64,000 nt of DNA from Chrysomallon squamiferum (taxonomy: Eukaryota > Animalia > Mollusca). The stretch spans positions 11,656,001 through 11,720,000 of the forward strand of contig CM022666.1 in assembly GCA_012295275.1 (NCBI GenBank), written 5' to 3'. Of the stretch, positions 1 through 14,274 are shown in pieces. The translations under genes and the position numbers were made by a program. Position 1 is the stretch's first letter. Each line of letters begins with the position of its first letter. A model generated the notes under the pieces. That model saw nothing but the letters and a program-made list of their open reading frames with translations, ran no database searches and was not told the DNA's origin.

Positions 1-712
1 ATAGCTAAAAGTGTTCATAATACATCAGAAATGAATCTTAAATTCAAACATATCATATTTTTAAAATACTATTACATTCCTAATATTTTTACCAGCAGTA
101 ACTGATGTAATATGTGAAAATATTTTTGAAATGGTTTGAAGTTATTAATTGTTCGCTATAGAATAAACACAAATATATCAATGACTGTTGATTTGAATTT
201 TGTAAGAACTAATTAGTAGGAATACCAATACAAATGCAGGGAGAAAAATCAGCAGAAAACTAAAGAAAAACAAACCAATATTTAATGAGGTTAATCCATA
301 CTAGAGATGTTTTTCACTCAACAGTAACAATTTATGAAAGATAGTCCCTTAGGAAAATAAAACCTTATGACTAGATATATTCATCCATGTATAACGATTT
401 CTATCACTGAATCTTAACTGTTACTTTATTTTCATGTTTTTAGATATTTCTAAACTTTTTGTAAGTTGTGTTCAGTTCATCTGTCTTTCATTTTAAATGC
501 TTGTGGCAAGACATTTAATGTTTTGAATACCAGATAAGTTCATGATGTTCCTAGGCCTAAAAACAAAACCCATATAAATATGTATCCTATTATTGTTGAA
601 TGTATTCACATAAAATGATTTTCACTAAATATAATGAAAAGTAATTTTTTTTTCAGTAGATCTGTTTTCTTTATTGTTAATATTATTTTAATGTAAATGT
701 CAGCTAATTAAG

Positions 713-714
<2 letters not shown>

Positions 715-786
<72 letters not shown>
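715..786. repeat. (CT)n microsatellite
   Basis: Uninterrupted CT dinucleotide run. Confidence 0.95.
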
Positions 787-788
<2 letters not shown>

Positions 789-1491
789 AGATACTCAGCA
801 TGTTTAAGAATAGACATCATTAATCATTATAGAAGACTAAAAACCTATTTTATGATTTTAATAAACTTCAAAGTATGTGTTTCATCTTGAATATTTTTCT
901 TTATTTTGTGAACTGTACATGTCTAAGGTTGTGAAGCATTCCTAATGGAATTTGTAGTTTTCAGTAGCATTATTTCAGTTATATCTCTAAAACACAAACA
1001 CCAGAATTGTGTTTAATGAGAGGTCATCTCTTGTATTTATCAGCTCTTGCTGGACATTTTTTATTCTTAAACTGTTATTCAATATATGCACTTTTTACAA
1101 ACTTTTTAAAATAAAATAATTAAAATTTAAAATGATAACATTTTCTAATATAAGCTGAACTATTTTATCACCATTGTGTATGTTATATATCCTTTTCACA
1201 CTTTTGTTATTTAGTTTCAGATACATTAATATTACTATTAATCTTCAAGAGGATAATTTTGAACGATTATCTTTTAAAGTGATATAAATATTGTTTTCAA
1301 TATATTTGTTAATAAGATCTCCCAATCTGTTTTGCCAATAATAATAATAGAATTTTGTATTATATTGTTTTGATTTGTTTTGATTGTTTCAATTTTTAAT
1401 ACTTCTGTTGTTTGATATGTTTATATATGCACATACACATACATACATACATACACATATACTACATCCATATATATATATATATATATAT

Positions 1492-1772
1492 CAGGCAAGT
1501 ATACAGAAATGTGTGATAGGTACATATGCACTCCCTATAGTCTGCCAAGGTCAGTCTATGGGAGGGTAAAAAAAAAGAAAAAAAAAGTAGTATGAAATTG
1601 TTGCAGTTAGGGTGGTTCTATGTAAACACATTTAGCTGTAAAGATAAATTTCAAACTTACTACATCCCAGAATGCAGGAAAATGCATCTCCTTGCATTAC
1701 AGATTTTAAAAGTTTTGTCCTCTATGTCGTCAGTTATTCACCCTCCCATATAAATTTCTGCATACTGGCCTG
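1492..1772. mobile_element. Non-autonomous DNA transposon (MITE), hAT-like, inserted in a (TA)n tract
   Basis: Left end CAGGCAAGTATACAGAAAT matches the reverse complement of the right end, CAGGCCAGTATGCAGAAAT, at 17/19 positions. Length 281 bp, no ORF. The TSD cannot be resolved in the TA context. Confidence 0.7.
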
Positions 1773-3046
1773 TGTATAAATGTTTATATATATATATATG
1801 GAAGTATATATATATTTCTATTTATGATAGTATTTTGATTATTGTAAAGGTTTTAGTTACTACAGTTATTTAAACCTGCAATTTGGTATTATAAATTATT
1901 TTTTTTTTTGCTCTTTTTTATTTATTTTGCTTTTTAATTTATTTTTGTACTGGTTATCAATGAATGCATTGCCACAAGTGGAAAAGATTCTATATTTTGT
2001 GTATTCCATTCTCATTCTGCTGAACAGATCTATTTTACTGACCTTATAGTTATTTGTAATATTTAGAAAATTTAATTGTTTTAAGTGAAGAAAAAACCCA
2101 CTTATGATAACATTTATGTTTGAAATAAATAAATAAATAAAAAAGTTAAAATATCTCATTTACTATATATAGAAATACATAAACTCTATTTCCTAAGAAC
2201 ATGCATAATACAAACTTATCCATTTTTATGTAAGTGAAAAACATTCCTTTGAAATATTATTAATTTTTTTGAAGTGATTTTTCATAAACACTGTTTCATA
2301 TTTCCATTATTGTATGTCCTGTTTTAATTTTATTGTGTTAAATACATAGACATTTTTTGATTAATTTTTAAGATTGGTTAAGTTTTATGACAGAACTATG
2401 ATGGGTTAGTAGTGTTGTTATTTGCATTTACTGATTGTAAACCCTAGCTTACAAGGGGAAGTTATGTCCATGTTTCAATCAGTGGTGTGAATAATTGGTA
2501 TTTTAACATTACTAAATTAGTCACATCATGCTCACATTTGACTAGTTTTGGTGAATAAAAAATAAAAATCTCCTTATTTCAGATCAAAAATAAAAATTGT
2601 TTTCTCTGTGATTCATCCAAATATATTTTGCATAATGTTTGTATATTTATATTAAATAAATTTCTTTTTTTACTATCGTTTTGTTCTTTTTTAAACTGGA
2701 AGACAAAAGTTGTTTTGAATCTAGATTCCATCATAAACAGAGTTCAGACAGATAAAAAGGTATGTTGCACAATTTAACATGGACTCTAAAAAGAAAGACA
2801 TTTTCACTTACAAAAATATTTTCTTATAGATTTAACTTTAACATTATTTTGACCAGATAAAGGTGAACATGACATGTTTTGTTTGCATATATATATATAT
2901 TATTCTAAACTGGGACAGATGAAAGCAAATGAAATAAAACCAAAGTTAATTTTTTTAAAGTATTTATTCAGCATACACAGTTGTAAGATATCACAGGTAC
3001 AAGGGTCATATAAAATAATGACAAAAGTGGAATGAAAGTCATTAGA

Positions 3047-6000
3047 TCACTTCTTTCCCTTTTTCCCTTTCTTTCCTTTTTTACCTTTCTTCTTCTTCTT
3101 ACTGTAAGGACCAAATCCTTTGCGAACCATTGTTCCTCGCCACCAGGCTTGTAACTGCAAATAGATTTATATGTCATAAATATTCAAAGTGTTTAATCAA
3201 TCTCATTTATTTATTTTACTTTTGTAATTTATTATTTATGATGTTGTCTTTAGTAAATAAAACCAGTAAATTAATATAAATACTTACAATTTAAACTGCT
3301 TTTCCAGTTAATATTTATTTTTTAATTATTATTTCTTTATGTGTGTACCTTAATTGCACCCTTCAGTTCTATTGTGTCTTGTTCTGCTCGTCTGCGCTCC
3401 TTCTCTTTAGCAATCCTGTCTTCTACAACAACCTGCTCGTACTCCTTGTACTGCAAAACAAAACATGTCAAAGTTAGTCTAACACAAAACAAGTTTACCT
3501 ATGGAAAACAAAAAAGTCTTTATTAAAAATAATATTATTCATTCAGGATATTACAGGAAAATATTTAACATAAAACCAAGTATATCAGGATATAAAGTTG
3601 TTCATTATTGTTCAAAGATGTTTTTTAATTTGAATTAACCAGTTTAGTCAGCTCTTGCAGTCTTTCCAGATCCTTTGCCTTTGATGCCTTCAATACATCC
3701 AGTTCCCTCTGCTTTGCCTCCACATCCTTGTCATACTTTTCTATCCAGTCTTCAATTTTCTTAGACAAATCCTTTAAAAAACCCAAACAGAATAGATTTA
3801 GCTATCATTTTCTTTTTTTAAATACTTATAATAATAAGTATGAATGTTATATCAAGTATATTTGAAGTTATAAATTATTAAATCTACAACTGATGTTCAT
3901 TCAGTGTCAAAAACTGAAATAGATAAACTTGTGGTATGATTAACTTTATATTGGATTCAATATTTATTTTCTAATTGATTGTATGAAAACTAATCTAACA
4001 TTTCAATCACAGCAACACCTTTCTCATGAAATAATATGGATAATGTTACATTTACACTTGTATTAATTTTATTAAACATGAATGGGATAAATACAATTAT
4101 TACTGGATTAATTTAGTTTTACATGTAAATTTGTATACTGAGCAAGTTTCCTCCCATTTTAACTGTTGCTGCAGCTGCTGCTGCTACTAGTTTACAACAA
4201 TGACAAAAACAACAAGTACTATTACTACTGTCATATCAACAACAATTACATCTAAAACTGTGACACTATAAATTATCAATAGCTACAAACACAGTTATAA
4301 CGTTACATCTTTCCAGTGATACTAAATGTCTGTGTACATAACCCTCCCCATAGATACTGACATTCAGTGAAAGCAATCAATAAATTTGATCAGATGTGTG
4401 ATTTTACAATAGCATCATTCCATATCAAATCATTAGTTTGGACCCATCAAAGTACTGGTCAATCTTTGGCAGTTTTTCCATGTTACAATTTGGCAGGATT
4501 CTGGAGTGGATTTATTGTTTCAGCACAAATGTGTTTACATAATTCAATGATATCCAAATAATCGTGCACTAGACATACATTGATTGAATATGCATAGCAG
4601 GACTTTGGAGGAAGTTGACAAATAGGTGAAATGACATGGAATGCTACAATTAGTGACACTTTGTGAATAACACATCGGGGAAATTTTACCGCATATCTGA
4701 TCACACCATCATCTCCAACAATTCTCTGTGACTTTAGAAATAAATTTTTATTATTGTAACACTGATATCCCAATTATACTGATATCAAAATAATAATACA
4801 TAAATATTATAATAGTCCAAATGTCTAAAAACGAGTTCAATTTATCTATCATCAAGATTAGTGGTTAGAATCTGTGTCAAGATTAAATTTGTGCAATATT
4901 TGAAAGATAATTTCAAATTTGTTTTTATAAAATGACTTTTAGGTAGTTTAAAACAAGAAACAAAAGAGAATTATTCAGTGTGTTAAGCTACATCAGATTT
5001 TCTAATAAAGTCAAAATGTTCTAGTTTTCAATTATCTTGCAGTAAAGAGTAAACTGCAGTTATTAACAACATACCAGTATATAATCAGTTAAGAAATAAA
5101 AAGCAACTGATAGCATTATATATTGTTCTAGTATTTGACTGTTCTGAAAACTAATGTGTAAATTAATATCTCAAATGATGAATGAATTATAGTGTGGTGT
5201 GATGTAAATTTTAATGGAGTCTTATTGATTTTAGAGTTCAGAAGAATTTTTCATTTAAACATGAAAACACAACTCATTTATACTGGTTTTACTGACATGT
5301 ATTTTACTTAGAAGTTAGACTGTAACTCATTACATTTCTTGTTAATAAATGATAAATATTAAGTAACTGAAAAAACATTAATAATATACAGATATAAATT
5401 TTGTGACGAAGTAAGGATATAGAAACTTACTGCATGATGTGCTCGCAGGTATGATTCAATCTCGTTGTTTGCTCTCTCCTCAGCATCAATCTGATTTTGT
5501 AGTTTCTAAACCAATAACAAACTCAGTAAATAACTACAGTTAATTTTAACACGTATGGACTTGTCATGTTTACAAACCATCAGTTGATGAATATAGAAGC
5601 TTTCAGTGAAAAATTAACATTTGAAAAAAGCTTAAGTTTTGGAAATATGACAGATTGCTAAGTTGTTATAACTATAAGATACTATTGTGAAAAACATAAT
5701 TTTATAAATGTATTTATGAATTTTTATCTGAAAAATCAATCTCTCGCTCTCTCTTGCTCTGCACACAAACACATCTGTATATATAAAATTACCATTATTT
5801 CATCCTTCATCTCCTTCTCAGCCAAAGAGCATCTTTTCTGTGTTTGAGCTACTGTCACTTCAGCAGATTTCTTTATGTATTTTCCCTCCATGTTTGTTTT
5901 GGCTTTTGTCTCCTGCAGCTGATCCTTGAGATGAGCAATCCTCTCATTTCTTTCACGAATTTCTTGCTCCTTCTCCTTCTTAATGTCCTGAAGTTGTTTC

Positions 6001-6549
6001 TGTAGCTGACGAACTCTTTTTCTACCATCTTCTTCTCTGTGAGAGATTTAAAATAAATATATTTAAAATAAGGAACAACAAAATACACATTATTTTAGAT
6101 TTAATTATATTGTAACTAATATCTACAGTAAACAGAGAAATCATCTGTACGTTTTGCAGAAAAGTAAATCTAAATTACAAAAATTAACTGATTACTTCTG
6201 AATGGTTTCTTGTAAAGTTGCCTTTCTTTTTTTCTCTGCATTGACAGCATCAATCAAAGCCTGAAAAGTGCAGTTCTCAATAAGTTCCCCCATTGTGTCA
6301 ACCATAACCCGCTCAACAAACAATCTGAAAAATATGTCACATTTATTTCAATTTATAAAAATATAAATAAGCATAATGGGTTTTTTTAAAATTATGACTG
6401 AACTGACACCTGAGAAAAACTGTGCTTATTGTTTATTTAAATAATAAAAAAACATTATATAATTATATATGAATATTCAGAAAATGAAAGTTTAATTGGA
6501 TGTCACAAAACAAATATTCTCACATAAATTATCTCTCACATTAAATTTT

Positions 6550-6588
<39 letters not shown>

Positions 6589-6664
6589 TATATATATTAT
6601 ATATGTATGTATATAGATATATATATGTACATACCTATATCTATATATACATATATATATATGC

Positions 6665-6707
<43 letters not shown>

Positions 6708-6716
6708 TATATATAC

Positions 6717-6791
<75 letters not shown>

Positions 6792-7891
6792 CATATATAT
6801 ATATAGATAGATAGATATACACATATATTTATTTATTTACTTAGATCCTTTGTATTATTTTCTCCTGCAGTGAGTCTTGAAGAGACATATTGATATTAAT
6901 AATAGACTTTAAGATATAATTTATGATTTATGAAATTAATTTCAATTAGTAAAAACGGAATAATAATTAAAAAAATAGATACACAATGCCTTTCTCATTT
7001 AGGTGTGTATTAATTTTGTTTTAAATTTTGGTCAACGTTGGCTAGTTTTCATTAATGTATTTTACAAATAAAAATTCCTGCAAACCTGTCATCTTGAATC
7101 TTGGTAATATTGTCTCCAGTGAGAGGATTTTGTCTTAAACTTCGACCAAAAACATGAGTAGTGTTTTTCAAGTCACGTCCAGACTCTAAAACTTCTTGTT
7201 CTATCTCCAATAGTTTTGTTTCATTTCTTGTGGTGTGTTTCAGATTAAGTTTCTTCACAAGTACACTCTGATATTTTCCTTCTAACTCCCGCTGACTTTC
7301 AATCAGACTGTTAATTTCATTATGTACAATCTGAAATTCAACAACTGATTTCACTTATCACATTAACGTGAGGCATAATTATCAATGTAGACTTTGAGTT
7401 AATCAGTCAAGTTTAAGCAAAGACACAAAATACATCTGCCATACCTTTACCTTTCAAAATACATGTACTCTGCAATATTTCATTTTTACAATTTAAAATC
7501 CACATTAAATGAAAAGGGAATATTTAAACCAAGGTTGTGAGTTTTGCTTTTATTTAAATAAAAGGAATCTTACTTTTTTTTAATTTAGTTAGTTACTGTT
7601 ATTATTAATTTAAAATTAATTTTGAACCAGATCAACAAAATTATAATATTATTTGGCATAATAAAGAAAGAAAGAAAGAAAGAAAGAAAGAAAAAAATAT
7701 ATGCTTTGTATCATCAAATCATAATTTCAACCAATCTTGTACAAGGAAATCACCTCAGATACATCGTGTCTCATCTGGTAAGATGGTGGCATTATTCTGC
7801 CAAGTATGGACAGCTGGTCAACACAGTCCTCCAGTACAGTGGCGACATGGATAGCGTCAACACCGGACAACATGGGACTGTCGTCCGCCAT
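3047..7891 (-). CDS. IQCG: Dynein regulatory complex subunit 9 / IQ domain-containing protein G (~390 aa, 8 coding exons)
   Basis: Exons 7891-7754, 7330-7086, 6324-6196, 6036-5793, 5505-5431, 3771-3640, 3450-3349, 3154-3047. All are GT-AG and phase-consistent (1173 nt). Motifs: [39 protein letters not shown], and the C-terminal IQ motif [14 protein letters not shown] followed by a Lys/Gly tail. Likely non-coding exon 1 ends at 8389. Confidence 0.93.
6555..6822. repeat. Compound (TA)n/(CA)n/(GATA)n microsatellite in an IQCG intron
   Basis: Seen directly. It produces the spurious YI/HT-repeat ORFs. Confidence 0.9.
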
Positions 7892-8388
7892 CTAAAGAAA
7901 GAATTATAACAATTTGTTTCGTAATTATATAAAATTGTTAATATGATGTTAATGTAAAAATAATAAAGGCAACATAGCTATAGCTGAAAGATCAATGCTG
8001 TCTGTTTTAACTTTAAACCTATTGACTATTCCCAATGAAAATGTGATTTTTAATAAATTAATTTGGACAGATTACTCTGTGATTAAAAATAATTTGTGGT
8101 TATTGTGAAATCAAACTGGCCACGATATCAGTTAATAACTAAAATATTATTATTATTACTTTTAGCAGTAGTATTATTAAACAGTATTGGTATTATAATA
8201 ATTATTAATTATTAATTAACTGTATTAAGTAGTAACTAACACTAACAGCATCCGACAAAAATTGCGTAGGAAAACATTTAAAAAAACAACAACATTCATT
8301 AATGATTCTTTTACGTTGCAAAATACTAAAATAGTTAATTAATTTGTAACTACTAAACTGATCACAACCTCTGAACCGTTCAGTTTAC

Positions 8389-8500
8389 CTTTTGCCGTAT
8401 ATCTAAAAGATTTGTTTGGTTTGGTTGCCACAAGCGCAGAATGTTGATACTGCTTCCGGTACGCCACTTCCTTTTCCTTTTCAGCTGAACTGTGTCTTGG
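8389..8500. promoter_or_regulatory. Compact bidirectional promoter IQCG<-/->RPL35A with TOP/TCT pyrimidine tract, ETS site and X-box-like half site
   Basis: Minus-strand donor at 8388/8389 and plus-strand donor GTATGT at 8501. CTTCCTTTTCCTTTTC at 8467-8482 is a TOP-type start. CTTCCGG at ~8453-8459 is an ETS/GABP-type site. GTTGCCA at ~8424 is an RFX half site. CpG is locally enriched. Confidence 0.75.
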
Positions 8501-9527
8501 GTATGTTTAGTTAGTTTCACTGTCTTTATTCGTTTCTTTTCACTCACACACTCCTTTATGAAATAATGAAAAATAAATATTTGGTATTATTCGTAAGAAA
8601 TGAGTTTTGATATTGAGGTTGATATTATTTTGCTACATTTACCGATTACTAAATATTTAAGGGATTCAACAACGATATCATGTAAACATAAAACATTTGA
8701 ATTTATCACTGATTTCTGATCTGTTTAAGTAGTGATTAGTAAATAATAAAGAAAAAAATTCTAGTCACTGAAGAGAAATCTGTAAAAGCGAAATAAAATA
8801 AAGAAAAATATATAAATAAATCATAATAATTTAAAAAAACAACTGAAAATCATTAATTGAAAAAAAGAAAAACCGTTGACCGACCAATTTAAATTGTGAT
8901 ACACACAAATTATTATTTTCTTTGACACAAACGAGGCACAAAATATTTTTAATGCATTTAAAATAAAAATGTGGATTTGACATTTTCAGGCGTTTACATG
9001 TTACAGTATATTAATATACATAGGGCAAGTAAAACTTGAAGGTGCTACTTAAAGTACTTTGGTGTGTGATCTACACACTTATTTTATTTATTCTTGGGGG
9101 GGGTAATTATTTTTCACGGCAAAATAAATATTCCTTTTATTATATATTTATAATTTACAAGGGCTAAAACATACAAATTTGAATAATTTTATTGAAGAAA
9201 TGAGCAAACATCTGCTAGAAATGCAATAAACAGATTTAAGCATTCTTCCTTGTTGGTTGCCAACAGAAATACGGTGTGACTGGAAGACGAACACAACTGC
9301 AACCTAGTCATCCTGAATCTGGTTCAAAATGTATTAGACAATACACAAATATATAAAGTTGATTTCAGCTGCACTGGTTAAATTCATAATAAAATTTATT
9401 TTACACTGTAGTTCTGTTATAAAGTAATTTCTTTAAAAGCAAGTAAAAGCAGTCACTGCTAGTAAAAACTGCTAACTTGATATGCTAATAAAATGCAGAT
9501 GTACCTTTTGTTTTCAGGTCATACATA

Positions 9528-10914
9528 ATGGCAGAGACCCAGCCTTTAGCAAATCCTCCAAAGAAATCGGGCAGGTAAAGTCATGTTTATTCTCTTCATA
9601 AACCATTCTAACAACGATACTGATACTGAATATGACTTAATCATTATGAGTCATACAGCATAATTATTACTAGGTCTGGAATTATTTACTTTTCAGTAAT
9701 GTCATAATGTTCAGTACATTTTAAATATCTACTCAGGATTATCTTTCGTAATGATTTGAAGGGAACTTTTATTTATTTATAAAATTTTATATGTGTATAT
9801 GTATGTGTATATATATGGATTGTCCTTTTTAAAAGTTCAGAAATAACAAACCTTAAAACATGTAGTTTTTGTAAATTAAAAGTACATACTGACAAGATTG
9901 CTAATGTGTTTTAAATATAGTTATGGAAAACAAGAAAATAAAGTAGCTGACATTTTGTTGTTACTCAGGTCAGTTACAAATAAAGGTTGTGCTATATACA
10001 ATACATTGTGTGGAAATTTGTACTGCTGTTTCTTCTCTAGTATTCTGTTAAAGACTTTGTTTTTAAATGGTGACATGAAATTTTATTGTATGGAATTTGC
10101 TTATTAAAAGTAAGTGAATAATTTGCAAACCATTTTTATTTATTTTGTGAGGTTTATTTTAGGAATACACTTATTTTCAGATAAAATGACAGGTATTTAA
10201 TGTTTTGTAGATTGTACTGCAAAGCAATATTCACTGGCTATAAGCGAGGGCTGCGCAATCAACATGAGAATACTGCACTGCTGAGGATTGAAGGTGTCCT
10301 GGAGAAGAGAGACACAGACTTCTACCTTGGAAAGAGATGTGCTTATGTGTACAAGGCAAAGAGGTGATTCAGCTTTGTCAAATAATACCATTACTGTGTT
10401 TACATACCTGAATTATTATTAAAATGATTTCATTTTCTGTTTAGTGAGTCTGTAGAAATAAATGCATACAAATATATTTTGCCTGGTACAAATTTTGAAA
10501 ATAGGTTAGTAGTATTGTTGGCATGTTTTCAAGTGTAAAGTTTTATGTTTGTGTAGGAAAACAGCATGTCCTGGACATGACAAGGCAAGCAGAATACGAG
10601 TGATCTGGGGCAAGATAACACGACCACATGGAAACAGCGGAGCTGTGCGAGCCAAATTCAGGAGAAATCTTCCTTCCAAGGCAATGGGCCGAAGGATTCG
10701 TGTTGTAAGATTATTATTAATACTTTATCATTATCACTGTACTAGTCAGTCAGAACTTCAAAATATTTTAAACTAATTATCACAACTAAAGTTTTCATAA
10801 TCAGTGTTTTATAACGGTTTTCTGTTTGAATTTCATTTGACTTCATTTTCAGCTTTGATTAATTACTGATATTACCCATTTCTTTTTCAGATGCTGTATC
10901 CTTCAAAAATCTAA
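9528..10914 (+). CDS. RPL35A: 60S ribosomal protein L35a (eL33), ~123 aa
   Basis: Coding exons 9528-9574, 10211-10363, 10557-10704, 10891-10914. Translation: [31 protein letters not shown]...[14 protein letters not shown]...[48 protein letters not shown] at 10926-10931. Non-coding exon 1 at ~8467-8500. Confidence 0.97.
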
Positions 10915-13900
10915 GATATAAACTAAATAAATCACATTGCAGCTTGCAAACAATGTTGTCTTATTTCTTTAAGAAGTTTGTTATCCGATCACTATTGAAG
11001 AAGTATTCTGAAAATTAAGTTGACTCTAAAATAATTCCCAACAGTTATTTAATTGTCTAACCCACTGTGAGCTCACATCAGAAATATAAATGAATAAAAA
11101 AAAAAAAAAAAAATGAACATTTTGAAGCATTAATTATTTGTTATATCTATAATTTTATTTTGTCCACTAGATAATACGGTGTTGTCTCCCTTGTTGGAAA
11201 AGCTGCGTGTTTGTTTAGATACATATGATCAATATTTGTTTCATCTTTTTGATCTGTTTCAAAAAATGTCTGCAACATGCCAATAACTGCATTGTATGCT
11301 TTTCTGTCTGGAAACTAGTTCAGATATAGCTAGTTTGTAAAACTAGTCTTCATGCCATTGGCATTGTATTTCTTAATTCAGTGAACAATAACTTGGTATT
11401 AAAGTGTATTTTAATTGATTCATTACCAAAGCAGATAGATTGTCTTTAGTTTGCAGTTGCACATATTACAAAGTGTGGTACGTATCTGCCAAAAAAAATT
11501 TTGGTTAAAAACTATCAAGACAACAATGTAAGTCTATTGTACACAATCTAGATCTTTTTAAATGTCACCTGTGTTGAGGCGTAAAACACGGAAAATACTT
11601 CCCAGAATATGATTTGAAAGTCGGAAGGTTTCGAAAATGATAATGGTATTTATGGTTTAATGTGAATAATAACGAGACTATTATTTTTTTCTTGAAGTAT
11701 TTATTTTAAAAAACAACACAAAAACGAGTGAAATGTTAATATTGAAGATACTGCAAATGTGATTCTGGAAAAAAACAAACAAAAAAAACGAGAGAAACTA
11801 TAATTAACCAAAAATAAGAAAGTGGTGGGGAAGTGTGTGTATATATATTTCCAATGTGTATGGATAATAGTTAATAAATGCTGTTTCTTCAATATGTGGA
11901 AGTAATGAATATGACGGTTTGTTGTAAATTTGTGAATATTCTGAAACGAAAGAGTGATTATTTGAACATCATAAAAGTTATTATTTTTTCATTATATAAT
12001 ATGGTTAATTATTACTGATATAAAAAGAAGTGCCATAAATACGATTAAAGTAAATAAAATACATCGATTGTTTAAAACGTAAGTGAAAAGTTACACTAAA
12101 TACAAAAGTGTGCCGTGTTACGTTAATTAGTTAAAGTGAAGTGTGTGAAAATGCAATTGGAACTACCAGTGTTAAGAAAACAAAACAGAAAATGTCTACT
12201 GAATGCGGAGTTTAATTATACTAAACACATTTTTTTGTATAATTGAGATACATCACAGTATTGATACTTCATCCAACTGAAAGAGAAGAAAAATACTGCG
12301 TACTGAGGAAGTAAATTGAAACCATATTAATTTTTTAAATTGTCATGTTCTGGAACGAAACTTAAAATACTCAAATAGAATGATTTTCTAATTTCAGAGC
12401 TCATATTTATGGACACCCAAATGAACCGTTTTATTTTTCAAAATTATGCTGCTGAAGACTTCAAACTAATATTTGTTCTTTGTACTGAACAAAACTTCAT
12501 ACTAATATTCGTTCAAGACTTCACACTAAAATTTGTGGTTTACATTGTAAAAGCTGACAGCTACCACTAACTTCGTTGTGCAGAACCCGCTTTTGTATTT
12601 ATTTGTGATAATTAACTTCTTAATTATTTTAAATCGAAGGATTAGCATAACTAATGAATTGTACCGCTACAGCAGTGTGTATTAAAAAACTTAATTTTAT
12701 CATTATTATTATTACCAATGATCCGCGTTTATTTAAATAGTTTATTAATTACAAAATATTTCCGTTTTATGCACAAACATATCTGTTATTCTTTTACAGA
12801 TACTAATTATAAATTCTTATTTCTTCCAAAATGTAACACGACGCAAGTTATTCATAACTGAACATTGTGGACCACAAGATTTTTCTATGGTGTCATCAAC
12901 AGATAATGAGTCAATTTTGCCGTATTAAGCTAATAAATTTGTGAACAAAATTGTACATTTAATATTACATTTAAGACCAACAGTTTAAAAAGGAATAATA
13001 ATAATAATAATAATAACAAAAAATAAATATATAAACAATTTAATTAAACAGAACAAAATAAAATAATCATAATCATCTCAATAATAAAACTCTGCTTTCA
13101 GTTTTGAGAGTTTATCTCTATCAATCTTAAACTGAGTAATTACACAATTTTCACTGCAGCCAATATTTTGATCAGAGACTCGTTGTGGAGCAGACAGCCC
13201 GCAGCCAGTTTCTGTGAGATGGACTTTAACGTGTCCGCAGTTCACTTAAATGTTACTTACATTGTCCAGTGTTGATGGAACGGCACATGGTATTTTTCTA
13301 TAAAATTAATTTTATAAAAATAGTCGTTAGCATCTTTTCTCGCGCCTGTGTGCTCAAGTCATATTACTGCAACTGCTATATTACAAAATTAGGTCTGTCA
13401 AGTTTTTTCTGTTACGCCTAATCCATATAAAAGTGCAACAAAATAAATTGTGCTATGCGGTTTTATTGAAATAAATAATATGAATATAAATTATATATAT
13501 ATATATATATATAAATTATATATATGTGTAAGCCCCAGTGTGTGTGTGTGCCTTTTGATCAATTTCTTGTTGTTTACTATACATATAAATCTTGTGATAG
13601 CATCTACTATTAGATCTGCGTGCATACGCTTTGTACTAGCTTAGATACAAAAATGCTATAGTACTAGTGAATTCACTAGAGACAAATAATATTATAAACT
13701 CTCTGCTTTCAACTTTTACTATAGTTTCATTTTATATGTGTATTTACAAAAACAGTGATTGTAATATCCATTAAAATAGTTTTGTATACACCAAGTTTAT
13801 CAATGTTCTTAGTTAATATTTAGTGTTCACACAAACACCTTACTTTAGGGAATCATTTCTGTTGTTGTTTTCGGCCGAATTTTACAGGAATTACTAAATG

Positions 13901-14204
13901 GGTTATAATGTGCTGTTTATTAAACAGAAGAAGAAGGAAAAGCAATGTTATAAAATGTGTTATCAGCTCAAATAAGAATCATCAAAAACGCAGCTATTCC
14001 TGTATCAGTAATTCTAAATCAGACTTTAGGCTAAAAAAAAGTGAGAAAGATATTTAATAAATTAATAAAATAGTAGCATATTTTTCTGTATTACATTTGT
14101 TTGTTTACTCATGCAAGTTATTAAACGGTAAGTATATATTTGTATATAATCACTAAAATTTTGCAGAATGATATCTTGACCAGCGTGTGCATGTATCGGC
14201 TTGC

Positions 14205-14251
<47 letters not shown>

Positions 14252-14274
14252 ATCAAACTGCCAGATTTATCATT

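Noticed and set aside
9240-9352. Possible H/ACA snoRNA in RPL35A intron 1 (two hairpins, ACACAA hinge, terminal ACA)
   Set aside because: It is short and the first hairpin lacks a symmetric pseudouridylation pocket. It cannot be supported without a covariance-model search.
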